Below, piece after piece: positions 8,422 through 18,959 of a stretch of 64,000 nucleotides of DNA. Source of the DNA: Nitrospirota bacterium (GTDB taxonomy: Bacteria > Nitrospirota > Nitrospiria > 2-01-FULL-66-17). The position numbers and the translations under genes were made by a program. Location: NCBI GenBank assembly GCA_049325335.1, contig JBMOMC010000002.1:1-64000 (forward strand), read 5' to 3'. Positions within the stretch are counted from its first letter, which is position 1. Each line of letters begins with the position of its first letter. The notes below the pieces were generated by a model that was not told the DNA's origin, searched no databases, and saw only the letters and a list, made by a program, of their open reading frames with translations.

Positions 8422-10020
8422 TCAGGGGCGTCGGCGTCGGGTCGCCCGCGCCAGCGAGACCACCGTGAACGCTGCGCAGGCCCACGCGAACGCGTCGCCC
8501 GAGCGCGTGTACCAGGTGGTTTCCGCGCGCGGTGCGAGCGGGTTGGCGCGGGAGGCCGGCACAAACAGGTCCGTGGCGGCGCTCACGCGGCCGGTGGCCG
8601 CGATGAACCCCGAGACGCCGGTGTTGGCGGCGCGCGCGAATGGTACGCGGTTTTCCACGGCGCGCAGCGCGACCATGTCGAGGTGTTGATACGGCGCGGC
8701 CGAGTCGCCGAACCATGCGTCGTTGGTGATGGCCGCTATCACCGTGGCGCCGTTGCGGACCGCGCGGCGGGTCAGATCCGGAAACACGACTTCGTAGCAG
8801 ATCATCACGCCGAGGCGGAACCGTTCCAGCGAGAACACGGTGACGTCGTTGCCGGGTGCGAACTCGCCGATGCCGTCAACCATCTTGTTCACGAACACGA
8901 GCAACCGTTCGAGCGGAACGTATTCGCCGAACGGCACCAGGTGCACCTTGTCGTACCGGCCCGCCGCCTCGCCGGTTTCCGTGACCAGGTAGGCGCTGTT
9001 GTAGAGCCGGGGAGCGCGGCCGCCGCGTTGGTCGATCGCCGGGCTGCCGAAGAGCAGCGGCGTCTTGGTCTCGGCGACGAACGCGAGCAATTCCTCGCGG
9101 TACGCCGCGTCGCGTTCGAAGAAAAAGGGCATCGCGGCCTCGGGCCACACCACCAGGTCGAGCGGCGCGGTCGTCTGTTCGCGGGTCAACGCGTGGTAGC
9201 GGTCGATCGTCGCCCGCAGGAACGCGGGGTCCCATTTGCGGTCTTGATCCACGTTGCCTTGGACCACCGCCACGCGGAGCGGTTCGATCGCCGCGTCGGC
9301 CCGCGAGAGGTGATCCAGGCGCCAGTGCCCGTAGACCAGCACCACGGTCAATGTGAGCGCGGCGGTCAACAGCGCGGCCAGGCTGCGGCGCGGTACCGAT
9401 GGCGGCGCGACCGGTACGAACGAGGCCACCGGGATCGGCAGGGGCATTTCCCCGGCCGGGCGCGGCGCGGTCAGAGCCACGGCGAGCGCGGCGTTCACCA
9501 GCACGATGACGTAGGAGACGCCGTATACGCCCGTGAGTTCCGCGATCTGAATCACCGGCAGGGTTCCGGCCTGCGAATACCCCAAGACCGCCCACGGAAA
9601 CCCGGTCAACAAGTAGGTTCGCGCGAATTCGAGCGCGGTCCATGCGGCCGGCAGCGCGCTCAATCGGATCCACGTGGGCTGATCCAAGAGCACGCGGGCC
9701 GTCCACGCGAAGAGTCCGACGTACAGCGCCAGGTACGCGGTCAGCAGCAGCAACACGAGGTAACTCAACCATTCCAACAAGTGGCCGTAGTGGACCATGG
9801 TATACGCGATCCAACGCAGCGAGCCGGTGAAGAACGTGATGCCGGTGATCCAGCCGAGCAGGAACGCGCGGCGTGGGGACGCGGTCGTGACCGCGAGCAG
9901 CAACGGAACCAGGGCGAACCACGCGAGGAGCGGGAACTGGGGGCGGGGAAAACTGAGGATGAGGAGCAGGCCGGAGAATCCGGCGGCCACGAGCTGCCGC
10001 CGTGACAGCTCGGTCATCAC
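8422..10020 (-). CDS. lnt: Apolipoprotein N-acyltransferase
   Basis: Motifs GFPW, VQGN, VWPEAA, YDKVHLVPFGEYVP, ICYE, TNDAWF, RAANTG. Confidence 0.97.
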   Translation of the reverse strand: MMTELSRRQLVAAGFSGLLLILSFPRPQFPLLAWFALVPLLLAVTTASPRRAFLLGWITGITFFTGSLRWIAYTMVHYGHLLEWLSYLVLLLLTAYLALYVGLFAWTARVLLDQPTWIRLSALPAAWTALEFARTYLLTGFPWAVLGYSQAGTLPVIQIAELTGVYGVSYVIVLVNAALAVALTAPRPAGEMPLPIPVASFVPVAPPSVPRRSLAALLTAALTLTVVLVYGHWRLDHLSRADAAIEPLRVAVVQGNVDQDRKWDPAFLRATIDRYHALTREQTTAPLDLVVWPEAAMPFFFERDAAYREELLAFVAETKTPLLFGSPAIDQRGGRAPRLYNSAYLVTETGEAAGRYDKVHLVPFGEYVPLERLLVFVNKMVDGIGEFAPGNDVTVFSLERFRLGVMICYEVVFPDLTRRAVRNGATVIAAITNDAWFGDSAAPYQHLDMVALRAVENRVPFARAANTGVSGFIAATGRVSAATDLFVPASRANPLAPRAETTWYTRSGDAFAWACAAFTVVSLARATRRRRP

Positions 10021-10658
10021 GGGGTCTTGGCTGCGGGGGCCTTCTCCTGGGCAGGGTGGTGATCGATGCCGATGAAGGCTTCGATAAATTTCACGATCCG
10101 ATCCTCGTCATATCCGTCGAACGCGTCGATGCGGCCCCACGCGGTCAACGCGATCTGGCGCTCCATGTCCGGATACGGGGCCACGATCAGGTGATCGTAT
10201 TTGCTGCGCACCGGAAATCTTGGGTCCCGCGGCGGCCCAGCGGCCTTGCGATCCGCTTCGGCTTTTTCCGCGTACCGCGCGGCGAGTCCCTCCAATTTGG
10301 CGACCAGATCAGGGCAGCCCGCGTCGCACTTATATTGAATGGCCACCCCGCCGTCTTCCAAATTGTGCACCTGGAGCTCCCGGAGCACCGGCGTCTTGTG
10401 CACGCCCCACTTGGCCGTCCACTGCAGGTGCGGGCCCGAGGTGGGCGGCGAGGTGTTGTACGGGACGTGCGGCGCGCTCGGGGATTGCACGTGCTCGTTG
10501 CCCAGCGTCTCCACCGCGCGGCCCGGTTTACCGTCCGGCTTCTGCGGCGCGACCGTCGCCTGGGCCTTCGGAGCCTCAGCGGCCGCAACGTGCCCCGCGA
10601 CCAGGCCCACCATCAATAATGCGAATGCCGTCACCACCCCCAGCAGCCGTCGATGCAT
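10017..10658 (-). CDS. DUF3105-like exported protein
   Basis: Motifs YNTSPPTSGPH, VHNLEDGGVAIQY, IALTAW; signal peptide; stop overlaps the lnt start. Confidence 0.8.
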   Translation of the reverse strand: MHRRLLGVVTAFALLMVGLVAGHVAAAEAPKAQATVAPQKPDGKPGRAVETLGNEHVQSPSAPHVPYNTSPPTSGPHLQWTAKWGVHKTPVLRELQVHNLEDGGVAIQYKCDAGCPDLVAKLEGLAARYAEKAEADRKAAGPPRDPRFPVRSKYDHLIVAPYPDMERQIALTAWGRIDAFDGYDEDRIVKFIEAFIGIDHHPAQEKAPAAKTP

Positions 10659-10797
10659 GCTCGAATCTCCTATAAGCAACACGTCGCCGGATGGTAACAA
10701 CGCGGGAATCGAAAGTAAAGAATCCGCCGTGGTTCGTTGACACTCCGTCGGGCTTTCGGTATTGTACGCGCGGTTTTGAGCCAAGGAGCGGATCAGT

Positions 10798-11223
10798 ATG
10801 GTGGAACGGACGTTGTCGTTGATCAAGCCCGACGGGGTGTCGCGCAATCTCATCGGGGAGGTGCTGAAGCGGTGCGAGGCGGCCGGGTTGCGGGTGGTCG
10901 CGCTGAAAATGACGCAATTAACCGTGGACGCGGCGAAAGGATTTTACGCGGTCCATAAGGACCGGCCGTTTTTTCAGAGCTTGGCCGAGTCCATGTCCGC
11001 CGGGCCCATCGTGGCCGCGGTGTTGGAGGGCGAGGGCGCCATCGCGAAATACCGCGAGTTGATGGGCGCGACCGATCCCAAAAAAGCTGCGGCCGGCACC
11101 ATTCGCGCGGACCTCGCCATCGGCCTGGAGCAGAATACCGTGCACGGGTCGGACTCGCCGCAGTCCGCGGCGTTCGAAGTCCCCTACTTCTTCAACGCGT
11201 TCGAATTGTCCGCGCGCCGGTAA
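10798..11223 (+). CDS. ndk: Nucleoside diphosphate kinase
   Basis: Motifs [24 protein letters not shown]. Confidence 0.98.
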   Translation: MVERTLSLIKPDGVSRNLIGEVLKRCEAAGLRVVALKMTQLTVDAAKGFYAVHKDRPFFQSLAESMSAGPIVAAVLEGEGAIAKYRELMGATDPKKAAAGTIRADLAIGLEQNTVHGSDSPQSAAFEVPYFFNAFELSARR

Positions 11224-11229
11224 TCCCTC

Positions 11230-12570
11230 ATGCCGCCCTCGTCGCGATACGACGCGGTGATCGTGGGGGGTGGGTTGGCGGGCGTCGCGACCGCGGCGTT
11301 GCTGGCCAAACGCGGCCGCCGCGTCGCGTTGTGCGAGCCGCGTCCCTCGTGGGGCGGCCTGTGGGCCGATCGACGTCTCGGCGCCGTCTCCGTGGTGCCG
11401 GGGCCGCGGGCCGTGGTCGGCCATGAACGCCTGGGGTGGGCCGACCGGTACTTCGAGGCGATCGGCCTGTCGTTGCCGTTGATGACGCGGGAAGGCGCGA
11501 CCTTTCGCCGCGACCCCGTGCAGGTGATCTGGGGCCCGCATCGGTTGACCGTGACGTCCGACCGCGGCGAGATGGCGGAGGAGCTTCGGCGCGAATATCG
11601 CGCGGGACCCTCCGAGGTCGCGGCGCTGTGGGCCGACTTGGACGCGGCGTACGACACGTTGGCGCCGCGCTTTGATCCCTCGCCGCTCGAGCCGTCCGGT
11701 CACGCCTGGTCCCGCCTCCGGCACCGGGCCTCGGCACGGGCGTTTGTCTCCCGGTTCGGCGGTCTGTCTGTGGCCGAGTATGCCCGCGCGCGCAACCTGG
11801 CGGATGTGCTGATTCCCTATTTGGACGCGTGGCGGGCCGTCTTGTCTCTTCCGGGCGATACGCCGGGCGCGTGGTTGTTTCGCGTGGCGTCCGCGCATCG
11901 TGGGTTGGTGGCGGTGCCCGGAGGCCTCGCGGACGTGTGCGCGATGTTGGCGTCGCGTGTTGCGTCGCACGGCGGGGACGTGATTCGAACGCCGGTCGCG
12001 AGCGTGGGCGGCGGATCAGCCCCGTTCGTGGAGACCGACGGCCAACGGCTGACCGCGCGGGCCGTGATCCTCAGCGCCGGGTTCAGGCCCCGAACCGAGG
12101 ACGTGGCCCCGGCGTCCGTGACCAGTGCCGCGGCATTCTCCGCGCCGTCATCGTGCGTGCCGGAGGCCATGGCCGGTTACGTGCTCGCGACCGACGGGAC
12201 GTCGACATGGTCGTTGGCGCGGCGGCGCGTGGAGACGGCTGGCGGCGCGTTTCGCGAGGCGCTCACCGTGTCGTGCCGTGGGCGATTGCAAGACCGGGAC
12301 GCAAAGCCGCTGGCGGATCGGTTGGCGGAGGTGATGCCGTTTGCCGAGGGGCGGCTCACCTATGACGGCATTACCTGCGACCAAGACGTTCCAGACCCGG
12401 TGGACGCAACCGTGTGGGGCGCGGCGTTCCGCCGCAGCCGGGGATTGGGGTGGGCGCAGGCGGGCCGCAGCCCGGTGTGGTGGGTGCCCGACGTGAGTGA
12501 TCCGTGGTTGGGCGATGCTCGGGCGTATTGCGCAGCGCTCGTGGGTGATCGAGTGATCGGACTACAGTGA
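11230..12570 (+). CDS. FAD-dependent oxidoreductase (phytoene desaturase/amine oxidase-like)
   Basis: N-terminal YDAVIVGGGLAG Rossmann motif; PGG motif. Confidence 0.7.
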   Translation: MPPSSRYDAVIVGGGLAGVATAALLAKRGRRVALCEPRPSWGGLWADRRLGAVSVVPGPRAVVGHERLGWADRYFEAIGLSLPLMTREGATFRRDPVQVIWGPHRLTVTSDRGEMAEELRREYRAGPSEVAALWADLDAAYDTLAPRFDPSPLEPSGHAWSRLRHRASARAFVSRFGGLSVAEYARARNLADVLIPYLDAWRAVLSLPGDTPGAWLFRVASAHRGLVAVPGGLADVCAMLASRVASHGGDVIRTPVASVGGGSAPFVETDGQRLTARAVILSAGFRPRTEDVAPASVTSAAAFSAPSSCVPEAMAGYVLATDGTSTWSLARRRVETAGGAFREALTVSCRGRLQDRDAKPLADRLAEVMPFAEGRLTYDGITCDQDVPDPVDATVWGAAFRRSRGLGWAQAGRSPVWWVPDVSDPWLGDARAYCAALVGDRVIGLQ

Positions 12571-13634
12571 CCTCGCGTCGGGGACTCGGTCGGCGGCGTG
12601 CGCTGGGACGCCTTGTCTGGGCCTGGGCGCTGGCCTTGGCGGCCGGGGGCGCGGCGTTCGCGGCGGACGACCCGCTCCAGCGGGCGCGCGCCGCGCTGGA
12701 GCGGGGAGATGCGCCTGCAGCGGTGGTTGCGGCGTCCCAGGTGATTCTTTCCGCGCCCGGCGACGCTCGGTTGGCGGACGCGCAGCGCGTGTTGGGGTTG
12801 GCCTATGAGCGCGCGGGTTCCCGCGGCGCGGCCTGGCAGCAATACCGGTTGTTTCTCGACAACTTTCCCGGGCATCCGGCGCGGGACGACGTGGCGGATC
12901 GCGCCGACGCGTTGGTACGCCGCGCGCGGGAGCGGATGATGCCGCTGCCGGTCCGCTGGCAGGTCGTGTCGGCCGGTGATGCGCGGTGGACGTCGTCGGC
13001 CGACGACGTCGCGGTGGTAGTCGCGGTCAACGACCGGGACAACGCCGCGCGCGTGGGGCCGCGTGTGACGCGGGAGGCCGTGGACGGAGCGCGCGTGTGG
13101 ATCCGACTGGAGCCGGGCGGGGTGTTTGATCCGTTTGACGACGACGCGGTGACGCGCCTCGAACGTCGCGTGCTCGCCGCGGCGGACTGGCCGATCGAGG
13201 GCATCGTGCTCGACGGCGTGCAATTGGGAGCGGGCGCGAGCTCGCCGGCGGCGGATCGCGCGTACGCGGAACTGGCCCGCGTGGTCGCGGAGCACCCCGC
13301 CGGCCGTGATCGCCTGGTGTGGACGTGGGCGGGCATGCGCGCGCGCGCGTCGGCCGCGGCGCTGCGGCGGGTCGTGGTCGCGGCGCGCACCGTGGCCCCG
13401 CACATCCGGTGGGCGATCCGGATCTCCGCGGATGCGGTGTTGCGGCCCGAACTGGCCGTGCGGGAGGCGGGGGAAGACTGGGCCGCGTTCCAAGCCGCGG
13501 CGCCCGACGCCGTCTGGGCGATCGACGCGCCCGCGAGCGCGACCTTGGGGTTGGCCGCGGCGCTGACCGAACGCGAAGCCAGACTCCCGCTCGCGCGATG
13601 GACCCCGGACGGCGGGATGACGGCGCTTCGTTGA
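12567..13634 (+). CDS. Exported TPR-containing protein, possibly with a degenerate glycoside-hydrolase-like C-terminus
   Basis: Signal peptide and TPR-like helices (LGLAYERAG...YRLFLDNFP); coupled to the upstream gene. Confidence 0.55.
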   Translation: MTSRRGLGRRRALGRLVWAWALALAAGGAAFAADDPLQRARAALERGDAPAAVVAASQVILSAPGDARLADAQRVLGLAYERAGSRGAAWQQYRLFLDNFPGHPARDDVADRADALVRRARERMMPLPVRWQVVSAGDARWTSSADDVAVVVAVNDRDNAARVGPRVTREAVDGARVWIRLEPGGVFDPFDDDAVTRLERRVLAAADWPIEGIVLDGVQLGAGASSPAADRAYAELARVVAEHPAGRDRLVWTWAGMRARASAAALRRVVVAARTVAPHIRWAIRISADAVLRPELAVREAGEDWAAFQAAAPDAVWAIDAPASATLGLAAALTEREARLPLARWTPDGGMTALR

Positions 13635-13787
13635 CGACCGATAAAGCGCCTCACGCGACCGGATGTCTCGCCCATGGCGCGGCCCCCCCCTTGACTGGCG
13701 ACCACGCAATTGTCTAGCATCACATCTTTCATCTGGCGATGGCTTGCGCTCGTGGGCGCGTGCCAAGCCGAGTGATGGAGTGGAGAC

Positions 13788-14072
13788 ATGAAATCGTTTG
13801 CGATCGCCGGGTTTGGCGCGGCCGGATCACCGGATGCCCCGCCTTCGGCGACCGACACGCAGTATCTCCTTGTGGCATGTAACGTTACGCGCGTCGTCAC
13901 GGTGGACGGCCGGCCGGTGGGCCGCACCGACGAGGTGCTGGAGGTGCCGGCCGGCGAACACGTGATCGGCTTGCTCGCGCCGCCCGAGAACTTTCGGCCC
14001 AAGGAGCGCAGAGTGGTCTTGGTCGGGACGTCGGCTGCCAAACCGTTAACGGCGCGCTTCGAGACCCGATAG
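13788..14072 (+). CDS. Small PEGA-like domain protein
   Basis: Motif VTVDGRPVGRTDEVLEVPAGEHVI; RBS GGAG. Confidence 0.65.
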   Translation: MKSFAIAGFGAAGSPDAPPSATDTQYLLVACNVTRVVTVDGRPVGRTDEVLEVPAGEHVIGLLAPPENFRPKERRVVLVGTSAAKPLTARFETR

Positions 14073-14206
14073 TCGGCCGCTTGTTGTGTGTGGGTTCGCC
14101 TAGATGGGGGGGCGTCGATCGACTCCGTCCGGGCACCGTTTGACTTGCCGGGAACGCGTTTGATACCATTTCGCTTTGTATTCTCAACTTTATCAATCGA
14201 GAGTTC

Positions 14207-14629
14207 GTGATGGCCAAGGACGCGAAAGCCAAGAACGATAAGAAGTCGACCAAATCAGCCGTCTCCGAGAAGGACCGCGATCTTGCCGAAATCCGTCAGA
14301 ACTTGGAGTCGCAGCGCAAGACGTTATTGTCAGACGCGGGCGCGATGATCGGGCAGGGACTCACCTCCGGGGCTGAAAACATGCCGGACCTCGGCGATCA
14401 GGCCAGCGCCGTGACCGATCAGAATTTTATGCTCCGGCTCAAGGAGCGCGAACAACGGCTGCTCAAGAAGATCGACGAAGCGCTCGATCGCATGGCGAAC
14501 GGCACGTTCGGCGTGTGTGAGTCATGCGGGGGCGAAATTTCCATCAAACGCCTCAAGGCCCGTCCCGTCACTACGCTGTGCATCGAGTGTAAGACCAGGC
14601 AGGAAGAGGACGAGCGGGTTCGTCAGTAA
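14207..14629 (+). CDS. dksA: RNA polymerase-binding transcription factor DksA
   Basis: Motifs PDLGDQA, CESC...RLKARP...CIEC zinc finger. Confidence 0.93.
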   Translation: MMAKDAKAKNDKKSTKSAVSEKDRDLAEIRQNLESQRKTLLSDAGAMIGQGLTSGAENMPDLGDQASAVTDQNFMLRLKEREQRLLKKIDEALDRMANGTFGVCESCGGEISIKRLKARPVTTLCIECKTRQEEDERVRQ

Positions 14630-14677
14630 CCCGAGCCGCCTCGCCCGCGTCCTCCCCCCTCGGGGAACTCCTTCCAC

Positions 14678-14851
14678 ATGAGCGTCGCCAAGAATGTGGG
14701 CGGCTGTTTGATGGTGATCGTGGCGATCGTGGGGTTTTACGTCGCGATCACTCTTAGCCTGACCTTTTGGGCGTTGCCGCTCGCGATCATCATCTTTTTC
14801 GGGTGCCTCATCCTTTTCTCGTTGGCCCTGGGGTCCACGGACCGGCGGTGA
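14678..14851 (+). CDS. Small 57-aa two-helix membrane protein (below the ORF-track cutoff)
   Basis: MSVAKNVGGCLMVIVAIVGFYVAITLSLTFWALPLAIIIFFGCLILFSLALGSTDRR; fills the dksA-methyltransferase gap. Confidence 0.6.
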   Translation: MSVAKNVGGCLMVIVAIVGFYVAITLSLTFWALPLAIIIFFGCLILFSLALGSTDRR

Positions 14852-14884
14852 TGTTCGAGCCCGAATCCTTGGGACGCGTCGGAC

Positions 14885-16057
14885 ATGTTGGCCGTGCCTG
14901 ACCACGACCCCGAGGTGTTTGCCCTGATCCGCGCCGAGATCACGGCGCGCGGGCCCATCACGTTCGCGCGGTTCATGGATCTGGCGTTGTATGCCCCTGG
15001 CGCGGGTTACTACATGCGCGACGCGGATCAGATCGGCGCGCGCGGGGATTTCTACACGAGCAGCCAGGTACATGTCTTGTTCGGCGAAATGATCGCGCGC
15101 CAACTCGATGAAATGGCCGTGCGGATCGGGGCGCCTCGGTTCACGGTGGTGGAGTGCGGCGCGGGACGGGGGACGATGGCGCACGACATCCTCACCGCGC
15201 TTACCGCGTCGGGTCGTGGTCCGGCGCTTCATTACATGATCGTCGAGAAAAGCCCGGCCATGATTGCCCGGCAGCGGCGGCTGCTCGATCCGTTCGCCGC
15301 AGCGGGCCGCGTCACATGGGCCGCCGCATTGCCGACCGAACCGATCGTGGGGTGCGTGTTGTCCAACGAACTGCTGGACGCGTTCCCGGTGCACCGGGTG
15401 GCGCGCCACGGGGGGCGGCTCCAAGAGATCTACGTGGACGCGGCGGGCGACGGGTTCGTGGAGCGCATGGCGCCGCCGTCCACGCCCGAGCTGGCCGCGT
15501 ACCTCGACCGGGTGGACGTGACGCTCGTCGAGGGGCAACAGGCGGAGGTCAATCTCGCGGCGGTGGCGTGGATGCGGGCCGCGGGCCGCGCGCTCGGCCG
15601 CGGATTCGTCCTCTCCATCGACTACGGGTACCCGGCGGAGGAATTGTATGCGCCCCACCGTGTGCGCGGAACGTTGCTCGCGTATCATCGGCACCGCACC
15701 AATGAAGCGTTCCTGAACCGCGTGGGTCGCCAGGATTTGACCGCTCACGTGGATTTCACCTCCCTGGCCCTGGCCGGGCGTGAGGTCGGTCTCGATGTCG
15801 AGGGATTCACGAATCAGACCGGTTTTCTCTTGGGGCTTGGGGCTCACGAAGTCGCCGAGCGACTGCTCGATGCCGCGGCCGACGAGGCCGCGCGCGCGGA
15901 CACGCTCGCCGGCGTCCGGGGGCTGCTCGATCCCCACGGCATGGGACAAACGTTCAAGGTGCTGATTCAACGCAAAGGCGTACCGCCGAGCCGACTTCGC
16001 GGGTTGTCGCTGGGGTCCGGGGGCGCTCACCGGCTCGCGGCGGTCCCGGACGGTTGA
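14885..16057 (+). CDS. MidA/NDUFAF7-family SAM-dependent methyltransferase
   Basis: Motifs GPITFARFMDLALY, GDFYTS, VECGAGRG, SNELLDAFP, IDYG, QDLTAHVDF, MGQTFKVL. Confidence 0.92.
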   Translation: MLAVPDHDPEVFALIRAEITARGPITFARFMDLALYAPGAGYYMRDADQIGARGDFYTSSQVHVLFGEMIARQLDEMAVRIGAPRFTVVECGAGRGTMAHDILTALTASGRGPALHYMIVEKSPAMIARQRRLLDPFAAAGRVTWAAALPTEPIVGCVLSNELLDAFPVHRVARHGGRLQEIYVDAAGDGFVERMAPPSTPELAAYLDRVDVTLVEGQQAEVNLAAVAWMRAAGRALGRGFVLSIDYGYPAEELYAPHRVRGTLLAYHRHRTNEAFLNRVGRQDLTAHVDFTSLALAGREVGLDVEGFTNQTGFLLGLGAHEVAERLLDAAADEAARADTLAGVRGLLDPHGMGQTFKVLIQRKGVPPSRLRGLSLGSGGAHRLAAVPDG

Positions 16058-16092
16058 GTCCAACCGGTATACGACCGGCGCTCTGAAATCGC

Positions 16093-16121
16093 TTGACACC
16101 GAAAACCGCCCTCGATAAGAT
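16093..16121 (+). promoter_or_regulatory. sigma70 promoter of the nuo operon
   Basis: TTGACA-17nt-TAAGAT. Confidence 0.65.
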
Positions 16122-16198
16122 GGCACCCCTGCTTCGTGCCGCGACGTGGGTCACGGCGGGAGCGGTGGTCTGGACTCATCGGTCTCCATGGAGGCTCC

Positions 16199-16570
16199 GT
16201 GCCTGGAGAGTACGTTCCGCAGCAGTACTTGCCGGTCCTGATCTTTGCCGTCATCGCGGCGGTGTTTGGATTCGTCCAACTGTTCGTCGCGTCGTTTATC
16301 CGGCCGGCCGACCCCTACCGAGAAAAACTCAAACCGTACGAGAGCGGCATGGACCCGTTTTCGGACGCGCGCATTCCATTCCCGATGCGCTACTACGTCA
16401 TCACCATGTTGTTCGTGATCTTCGACATTGAAGCCGTGTTCCTGTACCCGTGGGCCGTGGTGTTCAACCAGATCGGCCTGTATGCTCTGGTGGAGATGGT
16501 GCTGTTCATCGCCATCCTTGTGGTCGGGTACGTCTACGCGTGGAAGAAAGGGGCATTGGAATGGGAGTAG
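16199..16570 (+). CDS. nuoA: NADH-quinone oxidoreductase subunit A
   Basis: Motifs [32 protein letters not shown] plus GTG start. Confidence 0.96.
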   Translation: MPGEYVPQQYLPVLIFAVIAAVFGFVQLFVASFIRPADPYREKLKPYESGMDPFSDARIPFPMRYYVITMLFVIFDIEAVFLYPWAVVFNQIGLYALVEMVLFIAILVVGYVYAWKKGALEWE

Positions 16571-17040
16571 CGGGCGGGTTGGACTCCACCCTGATTACGA
16601 CCAAGGTGGACTCGGTCATCAATTGGGCGCGCAAGTCCTCGTTGTGGCCCATGACCTTCGGACTCGCGTGCTGCGCGATCGAGATGATCGCCTCGGTGTC
16701 CGCGCGACACGACATCGACCGTTACGGCGCGGGCGTGTTCCGCGCGTCGCCGCGGCAGTCGGACCTGATGATCGTGGCGGGCACGGTGTGCCGCAAGATG
16801 GCGCCCATCATCCGGCGCATTTACGATCAGATGCCCGAGCCGCGGTACGTGATCTCGATGGGGTCGTGCGCCACCTCGGGCAACATCTATAACAGCTACT
16901 CGGTCGTGCAGGGCGTGGATCAGATCGTGCCGGTCGATATTTACGTCCCCGGTTGTCCGCCGCGGCCCGAAGCCTTATTCGACGGGATCTTGAAGTTGCA
17001 AGAGAAGATCACGCACCGCCGGGTTCTCACGAAAGCCTAG
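16561..17040 (+). CDS. nuoB: NADH-quinone oxidoreductase subunit B
   Basis: Motifs [24 protein letters not shown]. Confidence 0.97.
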   Translation: MGVAGGLDSTLITTKVDSVINWARKSSLWPMTFGLACCAIEMIASVSARHDIDRYGAGVFRASPRQSDLMIVAGTVCRKMAPIIRRIYDQMPEPRYVISMGSCATSGNIYNSYSVVQGVDQIVPVDIYVPGCPPRPEALFDGILKLQEKITHRRVLTKA

Positions 17041-17042
17041 GC

Positions 17043-17552
17043 GTGCATCCCCTCGCGCAGTTCGTCCAAGACCGGTTTCCCGGCGCGGTGACCGGCGCCA
17101 ACGAAGCGTTCGGCGAGCTTACGATTTCGCTACGCAAGGACCGGCTCGCCGACGTCTGCCGGACTCTGCGGAACGACCCCGCGTGGCGGTTCAATTTTTT
17201 GAGCGACGTGTTGTCCGTGGATTTTCCGGACGACGAGGAGCGGTTCGAGGTGATCTATCACCTCTACTCGATCGAGAAGCGCCACCGCGTGCGCCTCAAG
17301 GCGCGCGTGACCGAAGAGGACTGCCGGATCGAGTCGGTAACCTCGGTGTGGCCGGGCGCCGCGTTCATGGAGCGCGAGGTCTACGACCTCATGGGCATCG
17401 AGTTCACCAATCACCCGGATCTGCGCCGGATCTTGTTGACGGACGACTTCGACGGCCACCCGCTCCGCAAAGACTATCCGACCGAGGGCAAGGGCTGGCG
17501 TAATACCTTTGAGTTCCTGCCCAAAGGCGAGGGACCGTCGGTCTCTAGATGA
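17043..17552 (+). CDS. nuoC: NADH-quinone oxidoreductase subunit C
   Basis: Motifs EREVYDLMGI, HPDLRRIL, GHPLRKDYP. Confidence 0.96.
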   Translation: MHPLAQFVQDRFPGAVTGANEAFGELTISLRKDRLADVCRTLRNDPAWRFNFLSDVLSVDFPDDEERFEVIYHLYSIEKRHRVRLKARVTEEDCRIESVTSVWPGAAFMEREVYDLMGIEFTNHPDLRRILLTDDFDGHPLRKDYPTEGKGWRNTFEFLPKGEGPSVSR

Positions 17553-17591
17553 AACGAGCTGAGATGATCATGACCTTCACGCGGGTTCATC

Positions 17592-18866
17592 ATGGCTGAC
17601 GCGACCGAGTTCAAGCGTCCCGCCGCGTCCTCGGATCGAGGCGATTTCGGCGTGATCTATCACCAGCCTGATCCGGCGCCGGACGATCGCGCGGTGTTGC
17701 GGACCGAGGAACTGCTCCTGAATATGGGGCCCCAGCACCCCAGCACGCACGGCGTGCTCCGGGTGGTGCTGGAACTGGAGGGTGAGCGCATTCTCAAGGC
17801 CACGCCGCACCTGGGGTACTTGCACCGGGGCACCGAAAAGCTGGCCGAGGGCAAAACATATCAGCAGGTCGTGACCCTGACCGATCGCCTGGACTACGTG
17901 TGCGCGATGACCAACAACTTCGCGTACGTCCGGGCCGTGGAAAAACTGCTTGGCGTCAAAGTCCCGCCGCGGGCGGAATACGTCCGGACGATCGTGGCTG
18001 AGATGCAACGGATATCCGGCCATTTGTTCTGGTTGGGTACGCAGGCGCTGGATATCGGCGCCATGACCGTGTTCTTCTACACGTTCCGCGAGCGGGAGAT
18101 TCTCATCGAGCTGTTCGAGAAACTCTGCGGCGCGCGGCTCACATACAGTTACTACTCGATCGGCGGGGTGAGCAACGACCTGACGCCGGAGATCATCGCG
18201 GCGCTGCGCGCGTTTCTCAACACGTTTCCGGAAAAGATCACCGAGTACAACACGCTGTTGGAGACCAACCGGATCTGGCTCGCTCGGACCAAGAACGTGG
18301 CCGTGATCTCGGCCGATGACGCAGTGGCGTACAGTCTCACCGGACCCACGCTGCGCGGATCGGGCGTGAACTACGACATTCGCAAGGCCGAACCCTACGC
18401 GGCCTACGGCGACGTGGACTTCGATGTACCGCTGGGTAAGAACGGCGACACCTACGACCGGTACTTCATCCGGATCGAAGAGATCCGCCAGAGCGCGCGG
18501 ATTATCAGCCAGTGCCTGGACAAATTGCCGGACGGGCCGGTCTCGATCGACGTGCCCGGCATCACGTTTCCCGCCAAGGATCGTGTGATGCTGGACATGG
18601 AGAGCCTAATCCATCATTTCAAGATGGCGTGCGAGGGGATCAAGCCGCCCAAGGGCGAGGTGTATTGCGCGACCGAGGTGCCGAAGGGCGAACTCGGCTT
18701 CTACATCAATAGCGACGGGGGCAACCATCCCTATCGTCTCAAGATCCGCTCGCCCAGCTACGTGCACCTGGGCGCGTTCGACCACATGGCCAGGGGGTAT
18801 CTCATCGCGGATATCGTGACGATTTTCGGCACGTATGATGTGGTGATGGGGGAGTGCGACCGCTGA
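17592..18866 (+). CDS. nuoD: NADH-quinone oxidoreductase subunit D
   Basis: Motifs NMGPQHPSTHGVLR, GYLHRGTEK, DRLDY, GECDR. Confidence 0.98.
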   Translation: MADATEFKRPAASSDRGDFGVIYHQPDPAPDDRAVLRTEELLLNMGPQHPSTHGVLRVVLELEGERILKATPHLGYLHRGTEKLAEGKTYQQVVTLTDRLDYVCAMTNNFAYVRAVEKLLGVKVPPRAEYVRTIVAEMQRISGHLFWLGTQALDIGAMTVFFYTFREREILIELFEKLCGARLTYSYYSIGGVSNDLTPEIIAALRAFLNTFPEKITEYNTLLETNRIWLARTKNVAVISADDAVAYSLTGPTLRGSGVNYDIRKAEPYAAYGDVDFDVPLGKNGDTYDRYFIRIEEIRQSARIISQCLDKLPDGPVSIDVPGITFPAKDRVMLDMESLIHHFKMACEGIKPPKGEVYCATEVPKGELGFYINSDGGNHPYRLKIRSPSYVHLGAFDHMARGYLIADIVTIFGTYDVVMGECDR

Positions 18867-18867
18867 T

Positions 18868-18934
18868 GAGCCCGTTCATGAAAGGCCATCTGCGGCGTTG
18901 CCGCTGCGCATCCGGCGCTTTCCTGAACGGGCTC
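18868..18934. repeat. Palindromic repeat family copy B (minimal)
   Basis: gagcccgttcatgaaaggccatctgcggcgttg...tcctgaacgggctc, between nuoD and nuoE. Confidence 0.8.
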
Positions 18935-18959
18935 CGCTTTCGCGGATCCTCGGAGGGGC

